From Saccostrea cucullata (lineage: Eukaryota), in NCBI RefSeq assembly GCF_032062105.1, contig NW_026933724.1:372001-436000 (forward strand): DNA of 64,000 nucleotides. The letters are read 5' to 3'. A model generated the notes under the pieces. The model searched no databases. It was not told where the DNA came from and saw nothing but the letters and a program-made list of their open reading frames with translations. Positions 1 to 12,121 of this stretch are shown here, in pieces. The position numbers were made by a program, and so were the translations under genes. Each line of letters begins with the position of its first letter. Position 1 is the stretch's first letter.

Positions 1-139
1 TTATCATATGAAGATTTTTGAAAAACAAGAATTTGATGCACTGTTTATACATATACTGTACAATATATAATCTTTGTATAAACATATAATTAAAGATTAC
101 AATGCTCACTTTGTTGAGTGATGTTTATAAGTAAGACAG

Positions 140-700
140 AAGAAGTTTGTGAAACACAGATACCCCCATATTGCAGCTTATGGTGAAGGTATAAGCCTCT
201 CAAATGTATGTCAAACTCCAAGGTCAAGATATCAAAAATGTCAGTATTCAGGGAAAGGTCTTGTCACAATGAATACACTAGTCCTGTAAAATATTAAGGA
301 TTTTAAGCCCATGCATCAACTCTCAAAACTTATTGTCAAGTCTTTTAAAGTTTTTCTTAAGTAGGTCAAGGTCAAAGGGTTGAAATTGCTGTTATCGCAT
401 GGACAGCCTTGTCACAAGGGAAAAAAAACGTATAATATAGAATCCTTAACACCAATTGTTCAAAAATTTAGTCAAAGTTATTAAAGTTTTTTCAAATTTT
501 GGTCAAACTCCAAGGTGAAGTTCAAAACATTTAAAATTGTTGGTACCTAAGGTCTATTCACAAGAAATACACTGTGAATTATGAAAACTTTTCAAAGTTA
601 TGGCCAAGGATAAAGTCAAAGGAGGTCAAACTCCAAGGTCAAAATGTTAAAACTGGTTAGACCAAAGGCAAGGTCTTGTCACAAGAATACACCTGTAAAA
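140..700 (+). repeat. Degenerate HINE/Helentron-like element with ggtcaaggtc-rich internal tandem repeats
   Basis: Repeated 'ggtcaaactccaaggtcaa...aggtcttgtcacaag' units. Same family as 43559-44908. Confidence 0.6.
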
Positions 701-1667
701 TAATGTTTTACAATGTGAACATTTGAGTCAGTGCAGATTTACACATTCCAGTTACACTTGAATCTTTGATTCAGGATCCAACTCTTTAAACTGGGATGTC
801 ACCTGATGTGTATTTAAGTTGCATGTCTGTAACAATAAAAATTAGCAAAATTTCAAAAAAAGTGGAACTAACTAAAGGTCAAATTGACAAATTGTCAAAT
901 GTGTTGGTACCCAAAGAAAGGTCTTGTGACAAGAAATGCATGGTATGGGCCTCCATGCAAGTTTGTTCCTGGTATTCAGGTATTGAAAGGAATGAAGCTG
1001 CTCCAAAACCTTTCACCTGGTCCTTTATCTGGAAAATAAAGGTCAGATCGATCAGCATCTCAAGCAACTCTGTTAGAATGCATCCCAGGCTAATGCACCA
1101 TTCACACGTTTGGTCACCAAAGGACTTGTTGCTTGGGAAAGTTCAAGTTTCAAATGTAATACTCTCAGACAAAAGGCCCACAGGTCTCAATGGTTGGAGT
1201 GGTGTGAATAATCAAAGGGGAAGAACTACACTCAAACTAGAGTGACAAAGTTTTGCCTACATAATTTAAAAAATATGTCCACATGATGAAATGCCACATG
1301 AAGGAATGAAAATGGATGTAATATGAAGAAAATAAATCTTGCTCCTTTGTTTAAAATTAGAGTTTATGAATAAAAAAGTCTCCACTTGTATTAATAGTTT
1401 ATAAAGTTTTGTGAAATTAACTTGAATACTTTGAAACGGGGATTAATCTTAAAAATACAACAAATAGTACAGTCAAAGGTCATAAGGAAAGTCAAGGTAA
1501 AAAAAGTGTACACAGTTTATCAGTTCTTACTGATATGTATTAATACTGTAAACCAACTTTTATTCGCGTGCGAGAAATTTTCGCGAAGTTCGCGAGAGCC
1601 TCGTCATCGCGATTTTTCCTCGCCACGAACCGGTCCTTAAAGTGTATGTGTCTATTAACAACAGATC

Positions 1668-2792
1668 CAACAAGAGGCCCAGGGGGTCATGGTTTGAACA
1701 AACTAGAATCTACACTACCTGAGGATGATTCCACAAGAGTTTCATCTTTCCTGGCCCAGTGGTTCTTCAGAAGGTTTTTAAAGATTTTTCCTATATATTC
1801 CTATTTAAAACTTCGATCGGCCATTTTGGCCCCACCCTACCCCCAGGGGTAATAATTTAAACAAACTTGAATCTATACTACCTGAGGATGATCCCACATG
1901 AGTTTCATCTTTCCTGGCCCAGTGGTTCTTCAGAAGATTTATAAAGATTTTTCCTATATATTCCTACGTAAAACTTTGATCAGCTGTTTTGGCCTCACCC
2001 TACCCCCCGGGGGTCATGATTTGAACAAATTTGAATCTACACTAGCTAAGGATGATTCCACATGAGTTTCATCTCTCCTGGCCCAGTGGTTCTTCAGAAG
2101 ACAGACTTGTTTACCCATAACGTTGTCTCTCAGTATTTTTCTTTAGATTTGTCCGTGAGATTTGGCATTTGCCAGTAAGATTTCATTTTCCATCAATTTT
2201 ACATATATTAAATGAGAAAAACTGCTTTTCTGATTACAAAAACATGGTTTAACAACAAGGTCTTTGTCATTTAAGAATACCACAGCGTTTTGGCAACCTG
2301 ACATCGCTTATGTGTTTGAAATCTTTCTCTTATTTAGCGATAAATAGAGTAAATCTACATCAGATCATAACGAAAACTAACTCTTAAATTCCAAACTAAC
2401 TTATTTCTGATTTCCGTATTTTCATAATGGCAAAACGTGAGACGTATTTTAGACTAAAAATCCGTAAAAAATACGGCGAAATCGTAAGAGTAAACAGGTC
2501 TGAGAAGAAGATTTTTCAAGATTTTTCCTATATATTCCTATGTAAAACTTTGATCGGCCATTTTGGCCCCACCCTATCCCCGAGGGTCATGATTTGAACA
2601 AACTTGAATCTACACTACCTGAGGATGATTCCACATAAGTTTCATCTTTCCTGGCCCAGTGGTTCTTGAGAAGAAGATTTTTTAAAAATGCCATTAATTT
2701 TTCTCTAATTCATGATTATCTCCCCTTGGAAAAGGGTGTGGCCCTTCATTTGAACAAATTTGAATCCCCTTGACACCCAAGGATACTTGTGG

Positions 2793-2823
<31 letters not shown>

Positions 2824-2824
2824 T

Positions 2825-2863
<39 letters not shown>

Positions 2864-2891
2864 GACAACAACGACAATGGCTACAACGACA

Positions 2892-2952
<61 letters not shown>
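1668..2952 (+). mobile_element. HINE/Helentron-type non-autonomous element with ~166-bp satellite units
   Basis: aacaagaggccc start, ~166-bp units (gatttgaacaaacttgaatctacactacctgaggatg), (GAC)n microsatellite and terminal hairpin agctcacttgagccttcggctcaggtgagct. Confidence 0.8.
2102..2502. mobile_element. CAG..CTG MITE with 6-bp target duplication
   Basis: TIR cagacttgtttac / gtaaacaggtctg, flanked by agaaga direct repeats and interrupting a satellite unit. Confidence 0.7.
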
Positions 2953-2953
<1 letters not shown>

Positions 2954-3583
2954 GGCTTGGTCATGAAAATTAACCATCGCGAACTTGTTCATCCCAGTTA
3001 AATCGCCAAATAAAGTTGTCGCCAATAAAAGTTGATTTACAGTATATGCCCTTGGAAGAAAATTTCTTGCATAGCTTCCTTGAAATTGAGATTACACAAA
3101 TTAAATGATATTCTACTATGATTATGGCCAAGATTAAAGAACTGCCATGGAATTATTCTCAAATAAATCACAAACGTCATCAAAAAATTATCAGATCAGA
3201 AACATGTATCAAAGCTGTGCAGTTGAAATGTACATTTGACTTCAGAATGAAATCTAAACAGTGTAGGTTTCTAAAGCTAAGCGGGGCTGTTTCACCGACC
3301 TCCCTACTCCATATTTAAACCCTGTGATGTTGGTGGTATAAAAAGAGATTGATTTTATTATATATTCAAAAAGATTAATCTATCAAAGCTAAAAACAGAT
3401 TTATAATTAATAAAAGGCTAATTTTAATGCAGCAAAAGCACAAATCATCTACATTCTATTCATAGGTAAGCAAACAAATTTACACTCTGGTGCTAAATGG
3501 AACAGCTTTATTGCAGCAAGGTGACCTAATTCATCTCTCTATAGAGAAACAATCAGCCATATTCTAGAGCATCTTAGTAGAAT

Positions 3584-3740
3584 AGAAATAAAGTCCGCGT
3601 TTTCATGAATGTTGTAGAATAACCTCTGAGGTTGAGAAACGTTGTTTGAAATATAAAAGCCTCGGCTTTTATCTTTCAAAAAACATTTCTCAACCTCGTA
3701 GGTTATTCAACAACATTCACGAAATTGCGGACTTTATTTC
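3584..3740. repeat. Fold-back palindrome (MITE-like)
   Basis: agaaataaagtccgc...tataaaagcc-tc-ggcttttat...gcggactttatttct: imperfect ~75-bp arms. Confidence 0.75.
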
Positions 3741-4656
3741 TTAAGCAATATGCCAAGGTCAAAAATCTTTGATGCAGTCGAATAGTTCTCATCAAAATGT
3801 TTAAGTACATATATACTGGTTTTAAAAAAAAGATCAACCGATTAGAATTTCATCAACAGACTAGAATTTTAATTGGTACCTGAACTGAATATTAAGTCAT
3901 CTTAATACTTTTAAATATCTGATATTCATGCACTTTATGGACAATATCTCATTATCATCCTTGACCGTAATTTTAAGTTTCTATGCACCCAGTCGATGAG
4001 ACTATTTTCTGAATTAAACATCATTGTGTGCCCTGCATATGTGATCTACAACAAAGCAACTAGATAATTAAAGTTCTTCATTTTTTGTTACTTTAAACAC
4101 CCATTGTTTATAACATACCCTAAATAAGGCTGTTATAAATAACAAAAAAAAAAAGCTTTTTCAGGGAACATACGAGTAGTTTATATTTGTATAGCCTTAA
4201 ATGCTCAGAATACTCCTGTAGGATTAAGATAAGAGGTGCATACTGCCAAAATCCTCAACACATCATGTACACCACATAAATGTGAAACTGGAAACCTTCT
4301 CTTTACTTCTCAGGTATTTAAGAATACTTGTACTTTAATAATGCACCATTACTTATCAAAATTTAAGTATTAATCTGACTAAATAGTTATAAATGTATAA
4401 AAAATGTCATATTTCTAACTTTTATATTGACAGAACCTTAATTTGTTACATTAATCATATTTTAATTATATCATTTATGCTGTAAGTATTACATCAAGGT
4501 TACAGATGACCAGTCATTTTTGAATTAAAAATTATCATTGATCTACATGGGTTGAATTAATTTTTTCGAAAAGTATTGAATATTAGCCTGTATGTGTTTC
4601 TGCCAAGACAATATAGCTTTAATATGTACTCAATACTTTAGTATTTTGTGAGAATT

Positions 4657-4740
4657 CTACCTACCTACCTACCTACCAAAAGGTCCAAATGAATGAACGG
4701 AATGTTCATCATTTGGACCTTTCGGTAGGTAGGTAGGTAG
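4657..4740. repeat. Hairpin with (CTAC)n/(GTAG)n arms
   Basis: ctacctacctacc-aaaaggtccaaatgaatgaac-ggaat-gttcatcatttggacctttc-ggtaggtaggtag. Confidence 0.8.
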
Positions 4741-4871
4741 ATGAATATTTCTCTTGAAACCTGATCTGTAGCAATTAAATTACCATCAAAATTTTAAAGA
4801 CTATTTTAATAAGAAATTTCTATCATTTAACATATAACTATTATTATTGACCTCAAATTAATTCAGTAAGG

Positions 4872-5245
4872 AACAAGAGATGTTTATAAGACACTTATGC
4901 CCCCCTCCCCCAAATAATTGAAAGTTTTCTAAGTCCAAGGGACATAACTCTGTCAAAAATGGCTTGATCGTACCCAAAACAGAATTTTACGTACTAGATA
5001 TTTTTATGAAAAATCTGTATACTGAATTTCATTACAGTATGTGCAACTGCTGCAAAGAAAATGAAAAAAATCTGCAAATAATTGGGAATTTTCTGAGTCC
5101 AAGGAGCATAACTCTGTCCAATATGGCCTGATCGTACACAAAACAGAATTTGACTTAGATATTAATCTGTATACCAAATTTCATTTCAATATGTGCAAAC
5201 TCTGCGAAGAAAATAAAAGGAAACTGATGGTGGACCGACAGACAT
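4872..5245 (+). repeat. HINE-like element with two internal repeat units
   Basis: aacaagagatgttt..gccccc start and two copies of 'agtccaagg..cataactctgtc..gatcgtac.caaaacagaattt'. Confidence 0.55.
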
Positions 5246-5544
5246 GTATTTTAATTTTGAGGAGAAACCATTCACAGTACAAAAATACTAAAATATTGAG
5301 TACATATTAAAGCTATACTGTATTACATATTTTTTTTTTCTACCAGAAATTCTCTAGAACCATTTCCTGTATGTCTCTATTCATTAGAAATCATGAAATT
5401 TTAATTACTTCTTTAAATGATGTTTGTCCATAAAAAGAAGTTGCATTCTGGAACACTTTTTTTGCCACACGTTAAAAACATCAGTGCTGTTTGCAATGAT
5501 AGACTACTTTATAGAGTTGAATCTTTTGGTCTCTGTTTTCAGAA

Positions 5545-6822
5545 ATGAATGATTTTAAAATGGCTGGCAAGCAGAGAACCTTACCATTCACCTCTCCACG
5601 AAGAGAAACAAGAGCTGGCAGGGTGACGGAAAGAGATGCTAAATTGAGGCTAGAGGATAATGAGAGAGTTAATCATACTTCTGTGTCACATGACAAGTTA
5701 GAGAGACAGTCTACCATGCTCAAGTCCAGTCTAAACAGTTCCACAGTCAGAAGGCGACCGAACAAGAAGCCAAATCAAACCATAGCATCCAGTCAGAAGC
5801 TGAATCAGTTAATAATAGGAAGACCAAACATGACTGACAACAAAGTCAAAGACACCGACTCTTGTTTGAGACAACTGGAAGATCTATACAGCCAGGCTGA
5901 ACAGGTCTTAGGCTGTACAAAGGAAGAAGGCCTCTGTTTTGTAGAAGTTTTCAGAAGACTGTTGGAAGGATATGATGCCAAAAGCTCTAGGATAGAAGGA
6001 TTGCTGGTGGAAAAGGCAGACCTTTCAAAGAGAGTCATGGACCAAGAGGAGCGAATAGAAGAAAATTCAGAGTACTATAAAAAAGAACAAGCCAAATTTA
6101 AAAATCAAATAGATCAGAAAGATGTGGAAAATCAAAGACTGGATGATACAATTACAAAGCTTAAAGGAGAGAAAACTGAACTATTTCAAAAATTAAATAG
6201 ACTACAGGAACAGCTAGAGGAAGCAGCCATTAAACCACAAAAATCCTACTGCCAGGAATGCAGAACAGAAATCCTGGAACCTGTCTTTTCCTTAGAGTCA
6301 AAAGATGTGACTGAATTTGAAAAGGAAATTGGTCAAAATAGTATATCTTCCAAAATGAAAAATCTAGATAGATGTCATTCAGAAGAAACTCCATCTAGGA
6401 ACTTTGTAGTAAGAAAGCCCACTAAAAGTGATAGTGAGACATTAATCAAATCAGAACTACCAGATTCTGGTCCTCCCTCCCCCAGGCACGATTTCTTATG
6501 TGATTCATCACAGTCCACACCCAGATCATCAGTAAAATTAACTGAAACTGAAATATCTGGACGAGACCATTCAGACCCTGTAGCCAGTATCTTACTCAGA
6601 CCTTCAGTCCAACATAGGGATCTTCAGGTTGATAATCTACAATCCACGACAGAAATGTTTTGTAGATCCAGTTCCCGACACCACTACCTCCGCAGTAATA
6701 CAGAGATTTCATCCTCCAGCTCCTACTTCAGCTTTGCTAATCAGTCCGAGTACAGCGGGCCTGGACTCTGGTCAAGAGAGAGCAGTTCATTGTCATTTGC
6801 TAACAGTACATACTCAGAGTAG
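5545..6822 (+). CDS. Array gene 1: coiled-coil protein with doubled SFAN motif (425 aa, single coding exon)
   Basis: Long uninterrupted ORF. Splice acceptor ttttcag 2 nt before ATG. Contains QKLNQLIIGRP, a heptad-rich E/K/Q centre and C-terminal YFSFANQS / SLSFANST, all shared with neighbouring ORFs. Confidence 0.85.
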   Translation: MNDFKMAGKQRTLPFTSPRRETRAGRVTERDAKLRLEDNERVNHTSVSHDKLERQSTMLKSSLNSSTVRRRPNKKPNQTIASSQKLNQLIIGRPNMTDNKVKDTDSCLRQLEDLYSQAEQVLGCTKEEGLCFVEVFRRLLEGYDAKSSRIEGLLVEKADLSKRVMDQEERIEENSEYYKKEQAKFKNQIDQKDVENQRLDDTITKLKGEKTELFQKLNRLQEQLEEAAIKPQKSYCQECRTEILEPVFSLESKDVTEFEKEIGQNSISSKMKNLDRCHSEETPSRNFVVRKPTKSDSETLIKSELPDSGPPSPRHDFLCDSSQSTPRSSVKLTETEISGRDHSDPVASILLRPSVQHRDLQVDNLQSTTEMFCRSSSRHHYLRSNTEISSSSSYFSFANQSEYSGPGLWSRESSSLSFANSTYSE

Positions 6823-7099
6823 CTAGCACTGTCTAGCAGTATATACTCAGAGTAGCCAGTATTAGCTTAATATAAACACAGTCATCAAAGAGTTTTCAAA
6901 ATTATACATTTTCATGAAGTTTTTCCTGATTTCAGTATAAACAAGAACACTTCTATAAACCATCTATATAATTTATCTAAAATCACACGACCAGATCATT
7001 TATTACATGGTTGTAACTGGAAATGCTTTATCTTCTATAAAAACTGTCTACTGGAGTGTCAATCAATAAATGTCGCCACATACCCTCTGAGTCAATTTC

Positions 7100-8570
7100 A
7101 TTATACCCCCCGCTTGAAAAGCGGGAGGGTATATAGTAATTGTTAATTCCGTCCGTCTGTACGTCTGTCCGTCCGTCTGTTACGCTTTGGGGTACCCATC
7201 TCTTATCCGCAACTCCTCTCATACCACTAAATGAAATTTGATGAAACTTTCACAGAATCTTTATTACATATTGCCATAGTGCACCTCCTATTTTACTTTT
7301 TGATCCGACACATATTTTGGGTTTCCCGGCCACAGCAAAACATGGACTTTGCCATTATAACTATATGGAGGCGGGGGGTATCATTTATTTAATATACTGT
7401 AAATTCACATATTTTTGTGGGGTAAATTTTCATGGTTTGAGGAAAAAATATGGGTTCTTGGGGATTTAATTCAGGGGTTCAAAACTTTTTTTGTCATGGT
7501 CAAGTCCAGGACTTGAGGAGTAAATTTTAGGCAAGTCCGAGAAAGAAATTTCAGAGTCCATATTTACCTATACATCATTAAATTTATGTAACTTATAATT
7601 TATTTTCATTTGTTGCATTGAATGAATAAAGACTATTAATATAGGTTTTATTTGTCCTCCATAAACTGTCATATAGTCATACATGAGTATTTCAACACAA
7701 TACCAGACTGATAGAATATACATTACAATAACTTTTACAAATACTCACGACTGAATAAACCATGTTACAATAAATAGAAATTGGAATGTGCTGTAAGTCA
7801 CAGCTAAAACCGAAATTTAACAAACTCATTGCCGTTTGTCATATAGGAGGAAACATGAGGAATTGCGTAAAAGCAAGAGTCTAATCGCAATGGAAAATAA
7901 AAAGACGGATTGTATTTTCGAAACGTTCGTAATGTTTTATGGGTATTTTAACGCTCACAAACCCACATTTTTACTTAATACATTTGAGAATTTGCTTTAT
8001 TTTTAGCATTACGATCATTTTTTAACTTATAAAAAAAGATAAACAAGAAACATAGCCAAGTCCCAGGACTTTGGCGAATTCTAAATGCCGAGTCCGGATC
8101 CGGAATTTGTTAGTCCAGGACGTCGGACTTGAGGATTTTTGAACCCCTGTTAATTTTGCGGATGAAGAATTGTTGAATAGTAATATTATGTGAAAAATTA
8201 CATTTCATGGTGGACTTAAATTTGTGGGTCTCTTCATACCTAGAAAACCATGAAAATTAACACCCACGAAAATTAGTGATTTCACAGTACTTGGAAACCA
8301 CAAAATGTACAGATTTTATATTTATATTCCGTCCGTCCGTCCGTCTGTTACGCTTTGGGGTACCCATCTCTTATCCACAACTCCTCTCATACTACTGAAG
8401 GAAATTTAATGAAACTTTCACAGATTCTTAATTACATATTGCCATTGTGCACCTCCTATTTTACTTTTTGATCTGACATATATTTTTGATTTTCCAGAGC
8501 AAAACATGGACACTGCCATTATATTCATATGGGGGGGGGGGGGGGTATCATTTAGTGAGCTCATTGCTCA
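7100..8570 (-). mobile_element. HINE-like element (partially duplicated) with nested TA MITE (7397-8288) and CAG..CTG element (7472-8149)
   Basis: Terminal hairpin cccgcttgaaaagcggg, (CCGT)n microsatellite and a duplicated body (7148-7390 vs 8328-8555). Inner TIR caggggttcaaaa/ttttgaacccctg with ttaatt 6-bp TSD. Confidence 0.7.
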
Positions 8571-8821
8571 TAGTACCTCTAGTTTGAATATGTATTGCTT
8601 GGTACTCTGGCATTTGTAATTACACTGTTCATCAACCTCATGATCCATAAAATTGACCTTTGACCTACTTATAAAAAAAGATTCATTTTGCCAATATTCA
8701 GAATATTTCTTACATCTAAGAGGTAAATCTATGCTATTTAATAAGTGCACTGTTTGCCAGAAAACATGAAAAAAATTTCAGAGTTGCCATCAACTAGATC
8801 TTAACCTTTGTGCTAATTATC

Positions 8822-10051
8822 AACAAGAGGCCCATGGGCCACATCGCTCACATGAGAAGCTTTGACAATTCTGTTCTTTACTAGATTTCCCCCTTGTAAT
8901 ACATATTGTGACCCCACCCTACCCCACTAATCATAATTTAGACAATTTGAAATCTACACTACCCCAGGATGCTTCCACATAAGTTTCAGCTTTTCTGGCC
9001 CAGTAGATTTTCAAAGATTTTTCCTATATATTTCTATGTAAAACTTTGATTCCCCATTGTGGCCCCGTCCTACCCCCGGGGGTCATGATTTGAACAATTT
9101 TGAATCTATATACACCTCTCAAGGATGCTTTCACATAAGTTTCAGCTTTTCTGGCCCAGTGGTTCTTGAGAAGAAGATTTTCAAATATTTTTCCTATATA
9201 TTTCTATGTAAAACTTTGATTCCCCATTGTGGCCCCGCCCAATCCCCGGGGGTCATGATTTTAACAATTTTGAATCTACACTACCCCAGGATGCTTTCAC
9301 ATAAGTTTCAGCTTTTCTGGCCCAGTGGTTATTAAGAAGAAGATTTTCAAAGATTTTTCCTATATATTTCTATGTAAAACTTTAATTCCCCATTGTGGCC
9401 CCGCCCAATCCCCAGGGGTCATGATTTGAACAATTTAGAATCTACACTACCCAAAGATGCTTTCACATAAGTTTCAGCTTTTCTGGCCCAGTGGTTATTA
9501 AGAAGAAGATTTTCAAAGATTTTTCCTATATATTTCTATGTAAAACTTTGATTCCCCATTGTGGCCCCGCCCAATCCCCGGGGGTCATGATTTGAACAAT
9601 TTAGAATCTACACTACCCCAGGATGCTTTCACTTAAGTTTCAGCTTTTCTGGCCCAGTGGGTCTTGAGAAGATTTTTAAAGATTTTTCCAATATTTTTCT
9701 ATGTAAAACTTTGATTCCCCATTGTGGCCCCGCCCAATCCCCGGGGGTCATGATTTTAACAATTTAAAATCTACACTACCCCAGGTTGCTTCCACATACG
9801 TTTCAGCTTTTCTGGCCCAGTGGTTCTTGAGAAGAAGATTTTTTAATGACCCAACCCTATTTTTGTCTTTTCTTGATTATCTCCCCTTGTGAAGGGATTT
9901 GGCCCTTCATTTTAACAATTTAAATTTCCCTTTATATAAGCATGCTTTGTACCAAGTTTGGTCAAAATTGGCCCAGTAGTTCTTGAGAAGAAGTGGAAAA
10001 TGTGAAAAGTTTACGGACGGACAGACGGACGGACGGACAACGGACACAATG

Positions 10052-10096
<45 letters not shown>
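8822..10096 (+). mobile_element. HINE/Helentron-type element with ~6 satellite units
   Basis: aacaagaggcccatgggccacatcgctcac start, tandem ~166-bp units, (GACG)n and the same terminal hairpin as 1668-2952. Confidence 0.85.
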
Positions 10097-10097
<1 letters not shown>

Positions 10098-10274
10098 TGT
10101 TCTGGACATTCAGTGATTTTATTTGTGTCCTTCGACACAAAAGATCGTTGAAGCTGTCTGTATTTTAATCAGTATGGCAGCAGCTGTATAAATTTTAACC
10201 ATTAAGTGGTGTTTGCTGCTATATAAAGAACTATAAGTGGAATATAGCATTTTTTGCCCCCCCCCCCCCCCAAT

Positions 10275-10860
10275 CAAGTAAGCAGGCTCTGAAAACATTA
10301 AGTCTCTTAAATGTTGCTATGTCAGTGGGCAGAGCATTCCAGTCCCTGATGGTCCTGGGGTAGAAGGATCCCATATGAACTTGGGTGTCACTGGATGGTA
10401 TGTGCAAAGAATGCCCTCCCATGTTACAGCTGAGTCTTGATGGTGGCACTAGTTTGCCTGATGTTTCAATTCTGACTAGTACCTTGTGGATCTTATATAG
10501 AAGGATTAACCTGGCCCTCTTTCTACACTCCTCCAGTGTTTCCCAATGCAGGGTGTCCAGCATATCTGTGACCGACGAGGTGTTGTGGTATCAGTTAGTA
10601 ACATACATGGCTGTCCTGCATTGGACCATCTCAATCTTATATATATATCATCTTTCATGTATGGGTCCCAGGTAGTACAAGCATACTCTAGGGCAGGTCT
10701 TACGAGTGACTTGTAGGCTTTCTCTTTGATGTTTGCATTTCTTATGTTCAAGTTACGTTTTAGAAAGCTAATGGTTATTATATTTATTGTTAGCTTTCTT
10801 GCAGATAGTGGATATATGATGGTTCCATTTCATATCTGATGTAATTGATACACCTAGATA
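10275..10860 (-). mobile_element. 5'-truncated, frameshifted LINE (C-terminal region after reverse transcriptase)
   Basis: Minus-strand peptides KEKAYKSLVRPALEYACTTWDPY, MLDTLHWETLEECRKRARLILLYKI and SFYPRTIRDWNALP are typical of the non-LTR retrotransposon ORF2 C-terminus. Split across frames. Confidence 0.85.
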
Positions 10861-12121
10861 TTTTGCTAAACATATCTTTGGTGTCAAATTACAGAATAGG
10901 TATTTCTAATAAATTGCATCTTACGCAACCAGATCGAGATTCTTCGAAAAAAAAAATTTATAAGAGTTTCTTCTTATTAAGTTATAGCAAGTTTTGTAAA
11001 AATCTGACACTGACAATTATAGTTTCTATGCATTGACAAGAAAGAATTATCCAATGCTCTTCTTTTGAAATGATTCAATAGTCAATATTAGCAGTATCAA
11101 ACAATAAAATAAAACCATTTTAAGGGTTTTTAAATTTTCCTATAGAAGTACCTGGTAGGTGCCTTAATGCATCTCTTCTACAGATATTGCATTAACAAGG
11201 TATGTTCAATTGCAGTTTTAAATCTCTTCAATTGGACTGCCTATCTTTATAAATCTTGAAATGAGAAAGGATTGGTGTTTAAATATTCAATTTTAAATGA
11301 TGACAACTGGATATTATACAGAAAAATTAATACTGTCTGTTCAGGTTTTTCCATTGAGTGGACTACACGACAGCGGTGCCGTGTTCTATAGTAAATTTGT
11401 GGAGACGTGCAATGGTTACATCGTACAATCTCTCTGTCTGTCTAGCGAACAGAAAATGTGACATTGATCTCCTAGGACACCTATAAGATTTCTAAACCCG
11501 ATAACAGAATCATACTTATAGGCTGGAAAATTGGATGTTTATTTTTTTTTTTAAAGTGGACAATAAATGAGGACTAACTATCCTGGAAAGCAAGTAAACA
11601 TTAAACAATTTTTGGACCAAATACCTTAATATTGGATATGCTAACTTCTAATTTTAGAAGGTAAGCCAATTTATCTTTGAATTATGTAATTTTGAAAGTT
11701 TAAGCTAGTGTTTTTATAAAGTCTCCAAAATTTAGAATCAAGGGATTAATGGTGCTAAATAAGATACTGAGAAATCTGCAATGCATAGATATTCTAAGGA
11801 TATTTTATTCATACCCACAAAATTACTTGTAAAATGATCAGGCTAAGCTAAAAAAAATAATTCTCCTCTTGCTGCTTAGCGTTCCTCATTATATGAACTC
11901 TTTATAGGCATGAAAAAAAATTATATGCATGGATTTACATGACAGTAGTATTTATTTCATAAGTAATAGTAAATATTTGTTGAGAAATTTAGTGCCAAGG
12001 ATTTATAATATGTCAACGAAAATATTTCATTTTTGCATAATTATCAATTTCTGTAGTCTCTATCTACTGATTTTGTTCTAACTTATACAGATTAAATACA
12101 GAATTTGACCAAACACTCTGA

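Larger units (their letters stand above)
1546..3042. mobile_element. TA-flanked MITE carrying nested insertions
   Basis: TIR ctgtaaaccaacttttatt / aataaaagttgatttacag, with TA on both sides. Confidence 0.75.

Noticed and set aside
750-1245. 149-aa + ORF and exon-like minus-strand segments (TCNLNTHQVTSQFKELDPESKIQV*; IKDQVKGFGAASFLSIPEYQEQ)
   Set aside because: Partly overlaps satellite sequence, no recognisable homology, and cannot be linked into a gene model.
9057-9335. Short ORFs in HINE satellite units (also 1568, 2694, 44187-44762, 59975-60820)
   Set aside because: Translations of non-coding repeat units.
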